Shown: positions 1 through 10,184, counted from the stretch's first letter. The stretch: 64,000 bases of DNA from an uncultured Pelagibacteraceae bacterium (GCA_902533945.1 CACANS010000001.1:10437-74436), one strand, 5' to 3'. Numbers and translations: made by a program. The notes: a model not told the origin generated them from the sequence alone.

Positions 1-92
1 GATGTAGCAGCTTTTCTATCTGTACTTGGGTTACTAATAAATCCAGATAGACCTTTTGCTGTATAACATCCTAAAGTTATAAATTTAGCCAT
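1..92 (-). CDS. GYD-domain-like protein, 5' part only (runs off window)
   Basis: Manual translation MAKFITLGCYTAKGLSGFISNPSTDRKAAT; strong SD (AGGAGG) upstream on the minus strand; N-terminus resembles the GYD family. Confidence 0.65.
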   Translation of the reverse strand, partial: MAKFITLGCYTAKGLSGFISNPSTDRKAAT

Positions 93-203
93 ATCAACCT
101 CCTTTCAAAATATTAAATTATCATTATTACAGAAATATTATAACTAGTAATGATTAAATTGCATAGTAGACACAACCTCAAGTAATGTTACATTACATAA
201 TAT

Positions 204-1646
204 ATGTACGAAAAGTTTGGACAATTTATTGATGGTAAATGGCTAGAGTCATCAGATAAAGGAACTTACGAAGTAATTAATCCTGCTACAGAAGAAGTTA
301 TAGGAAACGCATCAAAAGCAACACCGAAAGATGTAGAGAGAGCATTAAAATCTGCTGAAAAAGGTTTATTAGTTTGGAAAAAGACAGCACCATGGCAAAG
401 ATCATATATTTTAAGAAAAATAGCTGACAAAATGAGAGAAAAACAAGATGTGTTGGCAAAATGGATGACATTAGAAGTTGGCAAACCTTTAGCAGAAGCC
501 AAAGGTGAAGTTGGAGGAGCAGCAGATATTTTTGAATGGAATGCTGAAGAAACAAAAAGAATTTATGGTCAAACGGTAGAAAGTAGATTTGAAGATACAA
601 GAGTACATGTTTATTACCAACCAGTTGGCGTTGTAGCAGCATTAACTCCTTGGAATTTTCCAGCTGTATTATCAGCTAGAAAAATTTCAACAGCATTAGC
701 TGCTGGTTGCTCTGTTATTATTAAACCAGATGTAATTACTCCAGGAATAATAATGCAAATGGTTGATATTTGTAGAGAATGTGGAGTGCCACCAGGTGTA
801 GTTAATCTTTTATCAGGTGATCCACCAAGTATTGCACAACAATTAATTGCTTCAGATATAATAAAAAAAATTTCAATTACTGGATCCTCAAGAGTTGGAA
901 AATTAATCTTAAAACAAGCTGCTGATAAAGTTCAAAGAGTTACTATGGAGCTTAGTGGTCATTCACCTTTTATTGTTTTTGATGATGCAGATATAAAAAA
1001 AGCTGCTGATATGGCAATTGCATCAAAGTTTAGAAATAATGGACAAGTATGTATATCACCTAATAGATTTTATATTCATGAAAGTAAAAAAGACGAGTTT
1101 GTTAATTTATTTGTAGATAAAACGAAAAAACTAAAGATTGGAAATGGTATGGATCCTAGTACTCAATTAGGTCCATTAACAACAAAAAAAAGATTAAATG
1201 AAATTGAAGAATTAGTCGAAAAAACTAAACAAGAGGGTGCCAAAGTTTTATTAGGAGGCAAAAGACCAGCTGGATTTAATAAAGGATTTTTTTATGAGCC
1301 AACAGTTTTTGATAATGTAAAAGATGATTTCACAATTATGAAGCAAGAACCTTTTGGACCATTAGTTCCAATGTTATCATTTAAATCATTTGATGAAGTG
1401 ATTGAAAGAGCTAATAACCACGAATTAGGTTTAGCAAGTTACATATGCACAAATTCAATGGAAAAAGCACATAAGGCTTCTGAATTAATGGAAACTGGCA
1501 CAGTAGCAGTAAATACTCCAGTAGTTGCAATAGCAGAAGCACCTTTTGGTGGCATTAAGCAAGCAGGCTATGGAAGAGAAGGTGGTTCAATGGCAATTAA
1601 AGATTATTTAAATGTAAAATATACTCATTTAGGAATTAAAGGTTAG
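204..1646 (+). CDS. gabD: NAD-dependent succinate-semialdehyde dehydrogenase family aldehyde dehydrogenase
   Basis: ALDH motifs PWNFP, TMELSG, GQVCIS (catalytic Cys), EPFGP, APFGGIKQAGYGREGG. Confidence 0.85.
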   Translation: MYEKFGQFIDGKWLESSDKGTYEVINPATEEVIGNASKATPKDVERALKSAEKGLLVWKKTAPWQRSYILRKIADKMREKQDVLAKWMTLEVGKPLAEAKGEVGGAADIFEWNAEETKRIYGQTVESRFEDTRVHVYYQPVGVVAALTPWNFPAVLSARKISTALAAGCSVIIKPDVITPGIIMQMVDICRECGVPPGVVNLLSGDPPSIAQQLIASDIIKKISITGSSRVGKLILKQAADKVQRVTMELSGHSPFIVFDDADIKKAADMAIASKFRNNGQVCISPNRFYIHESKKDEFVNLFVDKTKKLKIGNGMDPSTQLGPLTTKKRLNEIEELVEKTKQEGAKVLLGGKRPAGFNKGFFYEPTVFDNVKDDFTIMKQEPFGPLVPMLSFKSFDEVIERANNHELGLASYICTNSMEKAHKASELMETGTVAVNTPVVAIAEAPFGGIKQAGYGREGGSMAIKDYLNVKYTHLGIKG

Positions 1647-1648
1647 AA

Positions 1649-2494
1649 ATGAAACTATGTAGAATAGGAAAAGCTGGAGATGAAAAACCGGCTATAATTG
1701 ATAATGAAAATAATTTTAGAGATATTTCTTCAGTTGTTGTAGATTTAGATCGAAACACACTAAATTTTGAAACTTTAGAAAAGTTAAAAAATATAGATTT
1801 AAACAAACTTCCAGTACTAGATAAAAATTTAAGGATAGGAGCTTGCGTTTCTAATCCATCAAAATTTATAGGAATAGGTTTAAATTTTAAAGATCATGCA
1901 TTGGAACAAAATTTACCGATTCCAAAAGAACCAATAATTTTTTCAAAATTTACAAATTGTATTTGTGGACCTAATGACGATATTGAAGTTCCAAAAAATT
2001 CAGAACATACCGATTGGGAAGTTGAGTTAGGATTTGTTATAGGAAAAAAAGCAAAATATGTTAGTGAAGAAAACGCAATTAATTATGTTCTAGGTTTTTT
2101 TTTAGTGAACGATGTAAGTGAAAGAAATTTTCAAAAAAATAAAGGATTAACTTGGGATAAAGGTAAAGGCTTTGATACCTTTGGACCTATAGGACCATTT
2201 ATATTAACAAGAGACGAAATTACTGATTTTCAAAATTTAAACATGTTTTTAGATGTAAACGGTAAAAGAATGCAAACTGGAAACACTAAACATATGATTT
2301 TTAATGTTAGTCAACTCGTGTCATATATGAGTCATTGTATGACATTAAATCCTGGAGATATTTGTTGTACAGGCACACCTCCTGGTGTTGGAGAGAATAT
2401 GAAGCCTCCTGTTTTTTTAAAGGGAGGAGAGGAAGTAGAACTTGGTGTAGATAAATTAGGAATTCAAAAGCATAAAGTTAAATCTTATAAATAA
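1649..2494 (+). CDS. Fumarylacetoacetate hydrolase family protein
   Basis: Motifs IGLNF, DWEVELG, NDVSER, GKGFDTFGPIGP, TGTPPGVG. Confidence 0.9.
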   Translation: MKLCRIGKAGDEKPAIIDNENNFRDISSVVVDLDRNTLNFETLEKLKNIDLNKLPVLDKNLRIGACVSNPSKFIGIGLNFKDHALEQNLPIPKEPIIFSKFTNCICGPNDDIEVPKNSEHTDWEVELGFVIGKKAKYVSEENAINYVLGFFLVNDVSERNFQKNKGLTWDKGKGFDTFGPIGPFILTRDEITDFQNLNMFLDVNGKRMQTGNTKHMIFNVSQLVSYMSHCMTLNPGDICCTGTPPGVGENMKPPVFLKGGEEVELGVDKLGIQKHKVKSYK

Positions 2495-2522
2495 ATGTTT
2501 TAATGAAAAAACTTAGACTTAA

Positions 2523-3230
2523 ATGTTAGAATACATAATAGCATTTAGTGCAGGAATTATAAGTTTTTTATCTCCATGTGTTTTACCGCTTATTCCAGGT
2601 TATATTGCTTATGTTACTGGAAGTACATTTAATGAACTATTAGAAAAAAAAGAAACAAATTTAACACCAATAATTTTATTTGCATTTGGTTTTTCAATTA
2701 TATTTATTATCTTTGGAGCTGCCGCTACATTTATTGGCCAAATCTTACTTAATAACTCTTACGAATTAAGAATATTTGCTGGAATTTTAATTATAGTTTT
2801 TTCGCTTCACATAATAGGAATTATAAATTTAAAATTTTTAAATTATGAAAAAAGAATCCAAACAGAAAGAAAACAAGGAATATTTGCGCCTATTTTAATT
2901 GGAATGGCTTTTGCTTTTGGCTGGACTCCATGTATAGGACCTATACTTGGTTCAATTTTAATTTTGGCTTCGACAAGTGAAAGTTTAGTAAAAGGCATTT
3001 CATTATTAACTTTATACTCATTGGGACTGGCTTTACCATTCGTCTTGTCTGGTTATCTAATTCAAAAATTTATGTTATTTTCTAGTAATTTAAAAAAAAA
3101 GATGAATTTGATTACAAAGTTAGGTGGAAGTTTATTATTAATTACTGGTATTTTAATAATTACAAATCAGCTTCAAGCCATAGGTTTTTATATCATTGAA
3201 TATGTACCATTTTTACAGAAATTAGGATAA
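2523..3230 (+). CDS. ccdA: Cytochrome c biogenesis thiol-disulfide transporter CcdA
   Basis: SFLSPCVLPLIP and GWTPCIGPIL motifs; about six TM helices. Confidence 0.9.
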   Translation: MLEYIIAFSAGIISFLSPCVLPLIPGYIAYVTGSTFNELLEKKETNLTPIILFAFGFSIIFIIFGAAATFIGQILLNNSYELRIFAGILIIVFSLHIIGIINLKFLNYEKRIQTERKQGIFAPILIGMAFAFGWTPCIGPILGSILILASTSESLVKGISLLTLYSLGLALPFVLSGYLIQKFMLFSSNLKKKMNLITKLGGSLLLITGILIITNQLQAIGFYIIEYVPFLQKLG

Positions 3231-3240
3231 ATAATTAAAA

Positions 3241-3798
3241 ATGAAAAAAATAGACCCAGAACTTCAAAAAAAATTTGATATTGCTGATCAACTTTTTAAA
3301 GAAAAAAAATATATAGATTCAGCAAAAAAATATGAGGATATTTTAATCGAAAACCCTAATTCAATTTCTATTAAAAATAATTTAGCACTTTGTTACGAAG
3401 GTTTAGGCGAATTTGAAAAGGCAGTAAAATTATATAAAGAATGTATTGATGCAAAGCCTGATCCTTTATTTTTGAATAACATTGGTAGAGTTTATTTTAC
3501 AGCAAAAGATTACAAAAATTCCTGCATATATTTAGAAAAATCACTTAGTATGAATAATAAACAAATTAATAGTATAGAATTATTAACAGCATCATACAAT
3601 CAACTAAATTTACCAGATAAAATTATTAAACTTTTAGAAAATTTAATAGATAATTTTCCAAAAAATAGATTTTTAAATGGATGTCTTGGAAAAAATCTTT
3701 TGAAAGCAAACAGACATGCGGAAGGCTTATATTATTTAAGATTAGGATATGGTATGGTTGAGTTAAATGAAAATAAAGAAATTAATATAATAGCTTAA
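3241..3798 (+). CDS. Tetratricopeptide-repeat protein
   Basis: TPR-like units (NNLALCYEGLGEFEKAVKLY; NNIGRVYF). Confidence 0.75.
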   Translation: MKKIDPELQKKFDIADQLFKEKKYIDSAKKYEDILIENPNSISIKNNLALCYEGLGEFEKAVKLYKECIDAKPDPLFLNNIGRVYFTAKDYKNSCIYLEKSLSMNNKQINSIELLTASYNQLNLPDKIIKLLENLIDNFPKNRFLNGCLGKNLLKANRHAEGLYYLRLGYGMVELNENKEINIIA

Positions 3799-4394
3799 TG
3801 AAAAAAATAGATATTACTAATAACAAAAACCCAAATTTTATTGGAGCATATAATATAGAAAATGATTCACTTTGTGAAAGGATAGTTAGTTTTTTTGAAG
3901 AAAATAAAGATTTGCAATCACAAGGAGCTGTTGGCGATGGAGTTGATGAGAAAATTAAAAAATCAACTGACATAACTATTTATCCAAACAATTTAAAAGA
4001 GGAAAAATTTTTTCTATTCAAGGATTATTTAAATTCATTAAATAAATGTTACCAAGATTATAGAGAAACATATCCTTTTCTGAAAAAATTTATTACAAAA
4101 GTAGATTTAGGGTATTTTAATATTCAAAAATACTTACCAGGTGGACACTTCGCAGAGCTACATTCTGAAAGAACAAGTTTACAAAACTTACATAGACTTT
4201 TCGCCTGGATGACTTATTTAAACGATGTTGATGATGGGGGAACTACTGATTTTGACTATTTTGATATTAAAGTTAAACCAGAAAAAGGTAAAACTTTGAT
4301 TTGGCCAGCTGAATGGACACATGCTCATACTGGATCAATTTTAAAAAGCGGAAAAAAATATATTATTACTGGTTGGATGCATTTTGGAATATAA
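3798..4394 (+). CDS. 2OG-Fe(II) oxygenase (prolyl-4-hydroxylase-like)
   Basis: HSE...AWMTYLNDVDDGGTT...IWPAEWTHAH...KYIITGW. Confidence 0.85.
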   Translation: MKKIDITNNKNPNFIGAYNIENDSLCERIVSFFEENKDLQSQGAVGDGVDEKIKKSTDITIYPNNLKEEKFFLFKDYLNSLNKCYQDYRETYPFLKKFITKVDLGYFNIQKYLPGGHFAELHSERTSLQNLHRLFAWMTYLNDVDDGGTTDFDYFDIKVKPEKGKTLIWPAEWTHAHTGSILKSGKKYIITGWMHFGI

Positions 4395-4406
4395 AAAATA
4401 AAGCTT

Positions 4407-5267
4407 CTACTTTTTTTCTGGCTTTTTAAATACTATCAACATTACACCAATAATAATTACAGCACCGCCAATGAATAATTCTTTAGTTGGCTCTTCTCCT
4501 AAAAGAAAAATTGCAGCTAATAGTCCTGTAGGAGGTATACCCATAGTAACTATAGGTAAAACTTTATATAAAGGATTATTTTTTAAAACGTAGTAGAAGC
4601 AACCATAAGTTATTGGCTGCATAATAAATCCTAAATAAATTGCAATCATCCAAGTTTCAAAAGGTGCAGCTTTAAAGTAGGTAATTGGGTTTCCATCAAA
4701 AATAGCAGAAAGTCCTATTAATATTGGCCCAGAAAACAAACCTAACCAGGCAACGAGTGTTAATGGATTTATTTCTTTGCTTAATGGTTTTACTAAAACT
4801 TGACCTAATGCCCATACACCTGATCCTATAATTACTAAACTTACACCGATGAATTTGTCGTCTAAATTTGGTGAACCAGTTAAAATATATACACCAACAA
4901 ATGCAATAGTTATTCCAATTAAACTTCTAACTGTTGGTTTTTCTTTTAGCATAAAATATGCAAATACAACACCGAAAGGAACTTCAGTTTGAACAAGTAA
5001 TACTGCTGCTGAAGCATCTATAAAACTTAATCCTGTATATGTAATACTGTACTGAAGTGTATTAGCTATAAGAGAAGCAAAAAATATTCTTTTAAGATAA
5101 TTTTTTGGTATTGGAAACCACCAAATTAAAAGCGATGCAACAAAAGTAAACCTTAAACCCATTAATAAAAAAGGAGGAAGATACTCCATTGCAGGCTTTG
5201 CAATAACAAAACCAAAACCTAAAAAAATTGGAACTATCGCGGCTATTAATGAGTCACGAAGAGTCAA
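4407..5267 (-). CDS. EamA/DMT family transporter
   Basis: About ten TM helices in two EamA-like halves (PPFLLMGLRF; FLLGEEP). Confidence 0.85.
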   Translation of the reverse strand: MTLRDSLIAAIVPIFLGFGFVIAKPAMEYLPPFLLMGLRFTFVASLLIWWFPIPKNYLKRIFFASLIANTLQYSITYTGLSFIDASAAVLLVQTEVPFGVVFAYFMLKEKPTVRSLIGITIAFVGVYILTGSPNLDDKFIGVSLVIIGSGVWALGQVLVKPLSKEINPLTLVAWLGLFSGPILIGLSAIFDGNPITYFKAAPFETWMIAIYLGFIMQPITYGCFYYVLKNNPLYKVLPIVTMGIPPTGLLAAIFLLGEEPTKELFIGGAVIIIGVMLIVFKKPEKK

Positions 5268-6367
5268 ATTTTGAATTTTCTTTTTAGATGTCTTAATTTA
5301 CCTTCAGTACTATCAAAATCTATATAACAACCTTGTAAAAATCTATTACCTTCATCAGGATCATACTTTGTTCTTCCGTGTAGCACTCTATAATTATCCA
5401 TCATCATAAGATCATTTGGTGCCAATTTAAATTCTATTCTATTTTTTTCTGAATTATACATATCAGATAATTTTTTTCGGGCTTTATAATACTGATCTAA
5501 TTTATCTTTTTCTAGCATTGGAACATAATCTAATCTCGGACTAAATCTTACCTGTTTGAAATTTTTTTCATCATCTAAATGAATTAATTCGGACCAGTCT
5601 TCAAGCATTACATTTTTGTCTGTAAATTTAAATCTTACTTTAACTTCAGTAAGAATTTTATAAGCATCTGGATCTTCTTTTTTTAATTTTTCAGTAACTG
5701 TATATCCATCAACTAAAGTTGAATAACCTCCGCTTACTTCATTTTCAATGCAATGTAATAATTGAATACAAGGAACAGGGTTTCTATAAGGGTTATCAGT
5801 ATGTGGGCTTAAGTGTAGAGTAGTATAAGCTAAATCATTTGGATTTGATTTAGACTTAACATTAAAATGTTCACCAAAGTTAGTTCTTCTTACACTTCCT
5901 ATAGAATTTGCAAATTTAACAATATAATTATTTTCTGTAGGGACATTTTTAATTATAACAAAACCATATTCATAAAAAGATACTAACAAATCATACATTT
6001 CTTTAGATTCATAAAAACCTTCTTTGTATTCAAAATTTTTTACATCTTTCAAAGTTGAGTCCCATTTTTTTTTAGGAATTGATTTTATTACTATATCTTT
6101 ATTTGAAAATTCAGACTCGAGTTTATTTATGTCTAATTTAGAGTTAACACCATCGTTGAAATTAACTTCGAGAAAGCCATTTTTAATTTCAGCTTTTTTA
6201 ATAATTATTTCCCCATTCATTGTTGAAGGATCGAATAATCTTTGTTGAGTTCCTTTATCTAAAAATTCTTCACCATCAACTCTCTCACGTAACCAAAATG
6301 GGTGAATTTCTTGGATTGATTTTCCATTACTATAAAATATTTTATTTTCATTTAGCTTTATTTTCAT
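5264..6367 (-). CDS. Gamma-butyrobetaine dioxygenase/TmpA-like 2OG-Fe(II) dioxygenase (TauD family)
   Basis: N-terminal FWLRE domain, PHTDNPYR (HxD), DNYRVLHGR, RFLQGCY. Confidence 0.85.
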   Translation of the reverse strand: MKIKLNENKIFYSNGKSIQEIHPFWLRERVDGEEFLDKGTQQRLFDPSTMNGEIIIKKAEIKNGFLEVNFNDGVNSKLDINKLESEFSNKDIVIKSIPKKKWDSTLKDVKNFEYKEGFYESKEMYDLLVSFYEYGFVIIKNVPTENNYIVKFANSIGSVRRTNFGEHFNVKSKSNPNDLAYTTLHLSPHTDNPYRNPVPCIQLLHCIENEVSGGYSTLVDGYTVTEKLKKEDPDAYKILTEVKVRFKFTDKNVMLEDWSELIHLDDEKNFKQVRFSPRLDYVPMLEKDKLDQYYKARKKLSDMYNSEKNRIEFKLAPNDLMMMDNYRVLHGRTKYDPDEGNRFLQGCYIDFDSTEGKLRHLKRKFKI

Positions 6368-6434
6368 AACGGTTTTTGAGGATTATTTAAAATTTAGCTT
6401 TAATCAAGATAAATAAAATAGTAAGTGAAGATGA

Positions 6435-7238
6435 ATGTCTGAATTAAATTCAAAAAATATCCAGTTTTTTGCCAACTTTTTAAGTCGCTTAGCAAATGAC
6501 ATGACAAGATTTTATTATCAAAAACTAAACAAGTCATTTAAAGTAATAAACAAAGGCAAAGGCAAGAGTTACGATCCAGTGACTAAAGCAGACAGAGCTT
6601 TTGAAAAATTTATAAGATCTAAAATTAAAAAGAAATTTCCAACACACGAAATTATCGGAGAAGAATTTGGTCACAAAAAAACTAAAAGTGATTTTACTTG
6701 GGTCATTGATCCGATAGATGGAACTAGATCATTTGTAATTGGCAATCCAACATGGAGTAATTTGATTGCATTAAATTATAAAGGGAATCCAATCGTTGGT
6801 TTAGCAAATTTTCCAGATTTAAATAAATATTATTATAACATTTCTAAAAATACTGCTTATGTTGTTGAGAGAGGTAAAAAAAGAAAATTACTGGTTAATA
6901 AAAAAGTTACTTTTAAAAATATGAAAGTTGCTGGAGCCTTCCATGGTTGGTTATCATTAAAAAAACAAAGTAGAATTCCTAAGGTTTTAAAACTTATGCA
7001 GTTTCCATGTTTTGATGCTTTAAGCTACATGCATTTTTGTGAAGGTAAAATTGATGTTGTGCTTCAATGTCAAAATAAAATTTGGGATGTACATGCAGTA
7101 ATTCCAATTATTTCTGCAGCTGGTGGATTTGGTTCAACTTGGAACAATAGAGATGCAAAACATGCTGGAAATATTTTGTTTTCTGCAAATAAAACTATTC
7201 ACAAAAAAATGTTGAAGCTTTTAAAACGGGCATTATAA
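6435..7238 (+). CDS. hisN: Inositol monophosphatase family protein, probable histidinol-phosphate phosphatase
   Basis: DPVTKAD, GEEFG, WVIDPIDGTRSF, WD motifs. Confidence 0.7.
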   Translation: MSELNSKNIQFFANFLSRLANDMTRFYYQKLNKSFKVINKGKGKSYDPVTKADRAFEKFIRSKIKKKFPTHEIIGEEFGHKKTKSDFTWVIDPIDGTRSFVIGNPTWSNLIALNYKGNPIVGLANFPDLNKYYYNISKNTAYVVERGKKRKLLVNKKVTFKNMKVAGAFHGWLSLKKQSRIPKVLKLMQFPCFDALSYMHFCEGKIDVVLQCQNKIWDVHAVIPIISAAGGFGSTWNNRDAKHAGNILFSANKTIHKKMLKLLKRAL

Positions 7239-7253
7239 ATATTTTATTTAATT

Positions 7254-9443
7254 ATGAGAATATTGATTGCTTTATTTTTATTGTTAATTTTAAATGCTGC
7301 CAAAGCTGAAGTTGTTTCACCAACATTTAAATCATCAAAAAGTCTTGTTGGAGTAGTTAACGATCCATCGGATGTTGATTTTAGTCCAGATGGTACAAAA
7401 ATTTTCATCAGTGGATTTAGTGGTCTTAACATTAAACAATTTACAGTAACTACACCATTTGACATTACTACTATAGATACTTCATCAGTAGTTACGTTAA
7501 ATTTAAATTCCGGTGATGATCCAATTGATACTCATCTGCAAGGTTTCGCTTTTAATGATGATGGAACAAAAATTTTTGCCATATCTAATGCTGCTACCAC
7601 AAAAAGTATGTCAGTTCATACTTTGACAACAGCTTATGATCTATCAAATGTTTCTCAAGATGCTGATGATGGAAAACAATGGAAAGATTACTTAGATCCT
7701 ATTGGTGAAAATATAACACACAGAGATATTGAGTTTAATAACGATGGAACAAAAATGTACCTTATACATGCTTGGCTTAATGAACAAATGATTGAGTATG
7801 ATTTAAGTACCCCGTATCTCCCAAGCACAGCATCAGTAAGTTCTGTTTTAGATCTTAATGATATAAATCAGGATATAATTCAAGATTTTGAGTTTGATGA
7901 TGACGGAACCAGAATGTATTTACAAGAGTCAGGAGCTGCCGTTGATACCCATAAAATTTATGTTTACAAGCTATCTACTCCTTTTGCTATTAGTTCAGCT
8001 AAATATGTTGGTAGATTATTAAACTTTTTTAAAGCAGATGGAACAGGACAAGCATTACCGCTTGGACTTGATTTTTCTGCTGATGGAATGAAACTTTATC
8101 AAGTAGCATACTCACACAATGGAGATACAGATCCTCCTGATTTTATTTACCAATATGATTTAAGCTGTCCTTACGGAATTGTAATTTGTGAGAACGACAC
8201 ACTCTCAAACACTGGTGGACAAATAGAATTTGCTAAGAATTTAATTCGTAAAAATACATCAATAATTTTTAAAAGATTTGAATGGTTGAGACGTCATGAA
8301 GCTAATAAGAATCTCAACAGTAATAATATTAATTTAAATATTTACAATCCTGTTTTAGCCACATTAAAAAATAAACTAAAAGGCTCGTTTAATGAAAAAA
8401 TATATTCCCAAGTTTCACTCAAAGAAAATAAATCCACAGAAAATAAATCGAAAAAATGGTCTTACTGGTCCCATGGCGACATTTCATTTGGCAGAACTGG
8501 TGATACAGCTACCTCTAATCCAAATGAAATTAGGGTTTCAGGTTTAATGATTGGTGCAGATAAAAAGATAAATAATAATACATTTTTTGGAGCCGCTATC
8601 AGATACGGAAATGATGATATAAAATTTATATCTTCTAACGGTTTAAAATTAGATACAGAGTCTTTAACATTAAATTTGTATAGTACTTTGCCTGTGAATA
8701 ATAATTCTAACCTAAATGCTTTATTGGGTGTAAGTTTGTTAAAAATGGATCAACTCTATTCATCAACACGTACTGGCAAAAGAAATGGTAAACAAATTTT
8801 TACTGCTATTAACTTAAATCCTGAAAATGGATATGGCAATTTTAATATCATGCCAACAGTTAAGCTTGAATATGGAATTACTCATTTCTCTAAATATACT
8901 GACTTTGCAACATCATCAACCAATACTATAGATACTTATGAGTCACTTACATTTGAAACAGGCAGTGTTGCTGCAGGGTTCAAGTTTGATAATCTAATAG
9001 AAATTAATGATGGCAAACTAAGTAGAAATGGAAGTTTAGAATATATAAATGATTTAACACCGGATATTCATTATAAATTTAGAAACCATGATGATAATAT
9101 TACAAAACATAAAACAGCTCATGCTTATTCAATACACAATATAAAAGGAAATATTGGTTTTGAAGTATTGTATGAAAGCGGCACTACGTTTGCTTTGAAC
9201 TATGAAAGGTTTCAAGGACTTGATTACAGCAGTCATCAAGATAGTATATTTATTAAATTTGGACATGTAGGTGAAGAAGAATCAGAGTTTGCTTTAAACT
9301 ATAAACCATTAGAAAATAATCAAACTGAAATAACTTATAATAAAAATATAAATGGTTTGGACTTCAAATTTGGTTCAAACTATAGTTTGATGAGCCAAAT
9401 ACCGGATTATGGTGCAACCATAGAAGTTTCAAGTACGTTCTAG
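7254..9443 (+). CDS. Autotransporter-like outer-membrane protein with beta-propeller-like repeat passenger
   Basis: Signal peptide; five F-x-x-DG-T/M-K/R repeats; CPY..C pair; C-terminal amphipathic beta strands ending in Phe. Confidence 0.75.
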   Translation: MRILIALFLLLILNAAKAEVVSPTFKSSKSLVGVVNDPSDVDFSPDGTKIFISGFSGLNIKQFTVTTPFDITTIDTSSVVTLNLNSGDDPIDTHLQGFAFNDDGTKIFAISNAATTKSMSVHTLTTAYDLSNVSQDADDGKQWKDYLDPIGENITHRDIEFNNDGTKMYLIHAWLNEQMIEYDLSTPYLPSTASVSSVLDLNDINQDIIQDFEFDDDGTRMYLQESGAAVDTHKIYVYKLSTPFAISSAKYVGRLLNFFKADGTGQALPLGLDFSADGMKLYQVAYSHNGDTDPPDFIYQYDLSCPYGIVICENDTLSNTGGQIEFAKNLIRKNTSIIFKRFEWLRRHEANKNLNSNNINLNIYNPVLATLKNKLKGSFNEKIYSQVSLKENKSTENKSKKWSYWSHGDISFGRTGDTATSNPNEIRVSGLMIGADKKINNNTFFGAAIRYGNDDIKFISSNGLKLDTESLTLNLYSTLPVNNNSNLNALLGVSLLKMDQLYSSTRTGKRNGKQIFTAINLNPENGYGNFNIMPTVKLEYGITHFSKYTDFATSSTNTIDTYESLTFETGSVAAGFKFDNLIEINDGKLSRNGSLEYINDLTPDIHYKFRNHDDNITKHKTAHAYSIHNIKGNIGFEVLYESGTTFALNYERFQGLDYSSHQDSIFIKFGHVGEEESEFALNYKPLENNQTEITYNKNINGLDFKFGSNYSLMSQIPDYGATIEVSSTF

Positions 9444-9461
9444 TATACTCTCACAAATAAA

Positions 9462-10184
9462 ATGAGAATAATAATTCTACAGCATATCAAAATAGAAGAT
9501 CCTGGTTTTATAAAAGATTTAATGATTAAAGATGGAGTTGAACTTACAACAATAGAACTAGATGAAGGTGAAAAAATTCCAACTGACCTTTCAAAATTTG
9601 ATGCCATGTTTTGCATGGGTGGTCCCATGGATACTTGGATGGAAAATGAACATCCGTGGTTAGTTGATGAAAAAAAAGCAATAAAAGAATTTGTTGTTGA
9701 TTTAAAAAAACCTTATTTAGGTTTTTGTCTTGGTTGTCAGCTTTTAGGAGAAGTTGTTGGTGGCAAAGTTGTTAAATCAAATAACCCAGAAATAGGAATG
9801 TTAGATATTAATTTTTCTAATAGTAAGAATAAAGATGCTTTATTTTCAAAATTTCCCGAAAATATAACTTCTTTGCAGTGGCATTCTTATGAAGTTCAAG
9901 GTTTAGAAAATAACAAAGATGTGATTTTATTAGCTTCTTCCCCTCAAACAAAATATCAGATTTTTAAATATCAAAATCATGCTTACGGAATTCAGTTTCA
10001 TATAGAGGTTAAAGATACAACAGTAGAAGAATGGGGCTGTGTTCCAGAGTATAAATCAGCTTTAGAAAAGCAGTTAGGAGAAGGTGCATTAATTAAATTT
10101 GATAAAGACTCGCAAAAACATATGCCTAGTATGAATGAATATTCTAAAATTCTTTATGAAAACTTCAAAAAACTAGTACATTAA
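9462..10184 (+). CDS. Class I glutamine amidotransferase-like protein
   Basis: MGGPM, LGFCLGCQLL (nucleophile Cys), GIQFHIE. Confidence 0.9.
   Translation: MRIIILQHIKIEDPGFIKDLMIKDGVELTTIELDEGEKIPTDLSKFDAMFCMGGPMDTWMENEHPWLVDEKKAIKEFVVDLKKPYLGFCLGCQLLGEVVGGKVVKSNNPEIGMLDINFSNSKNKDALFSKFPENITSLQWHSYEVQGLENNKDVILLASSPQTKYQIFKYQNHAYGIQFHIEVKDTTVEEWGCVPEYKSALEKQLGEGALIKFDKDSQKHMPSMNEYSKILYENFKKLVH

Noticed and set aside
7254-9470. ATGAGAATA shared by the starts of the autotransporter and the downstream amidotransferase, as a possible target-site duplication
   Set aside because: Only 9 nt including the ATG in an AT-rich genome, and no comparable repeat at the second paralog
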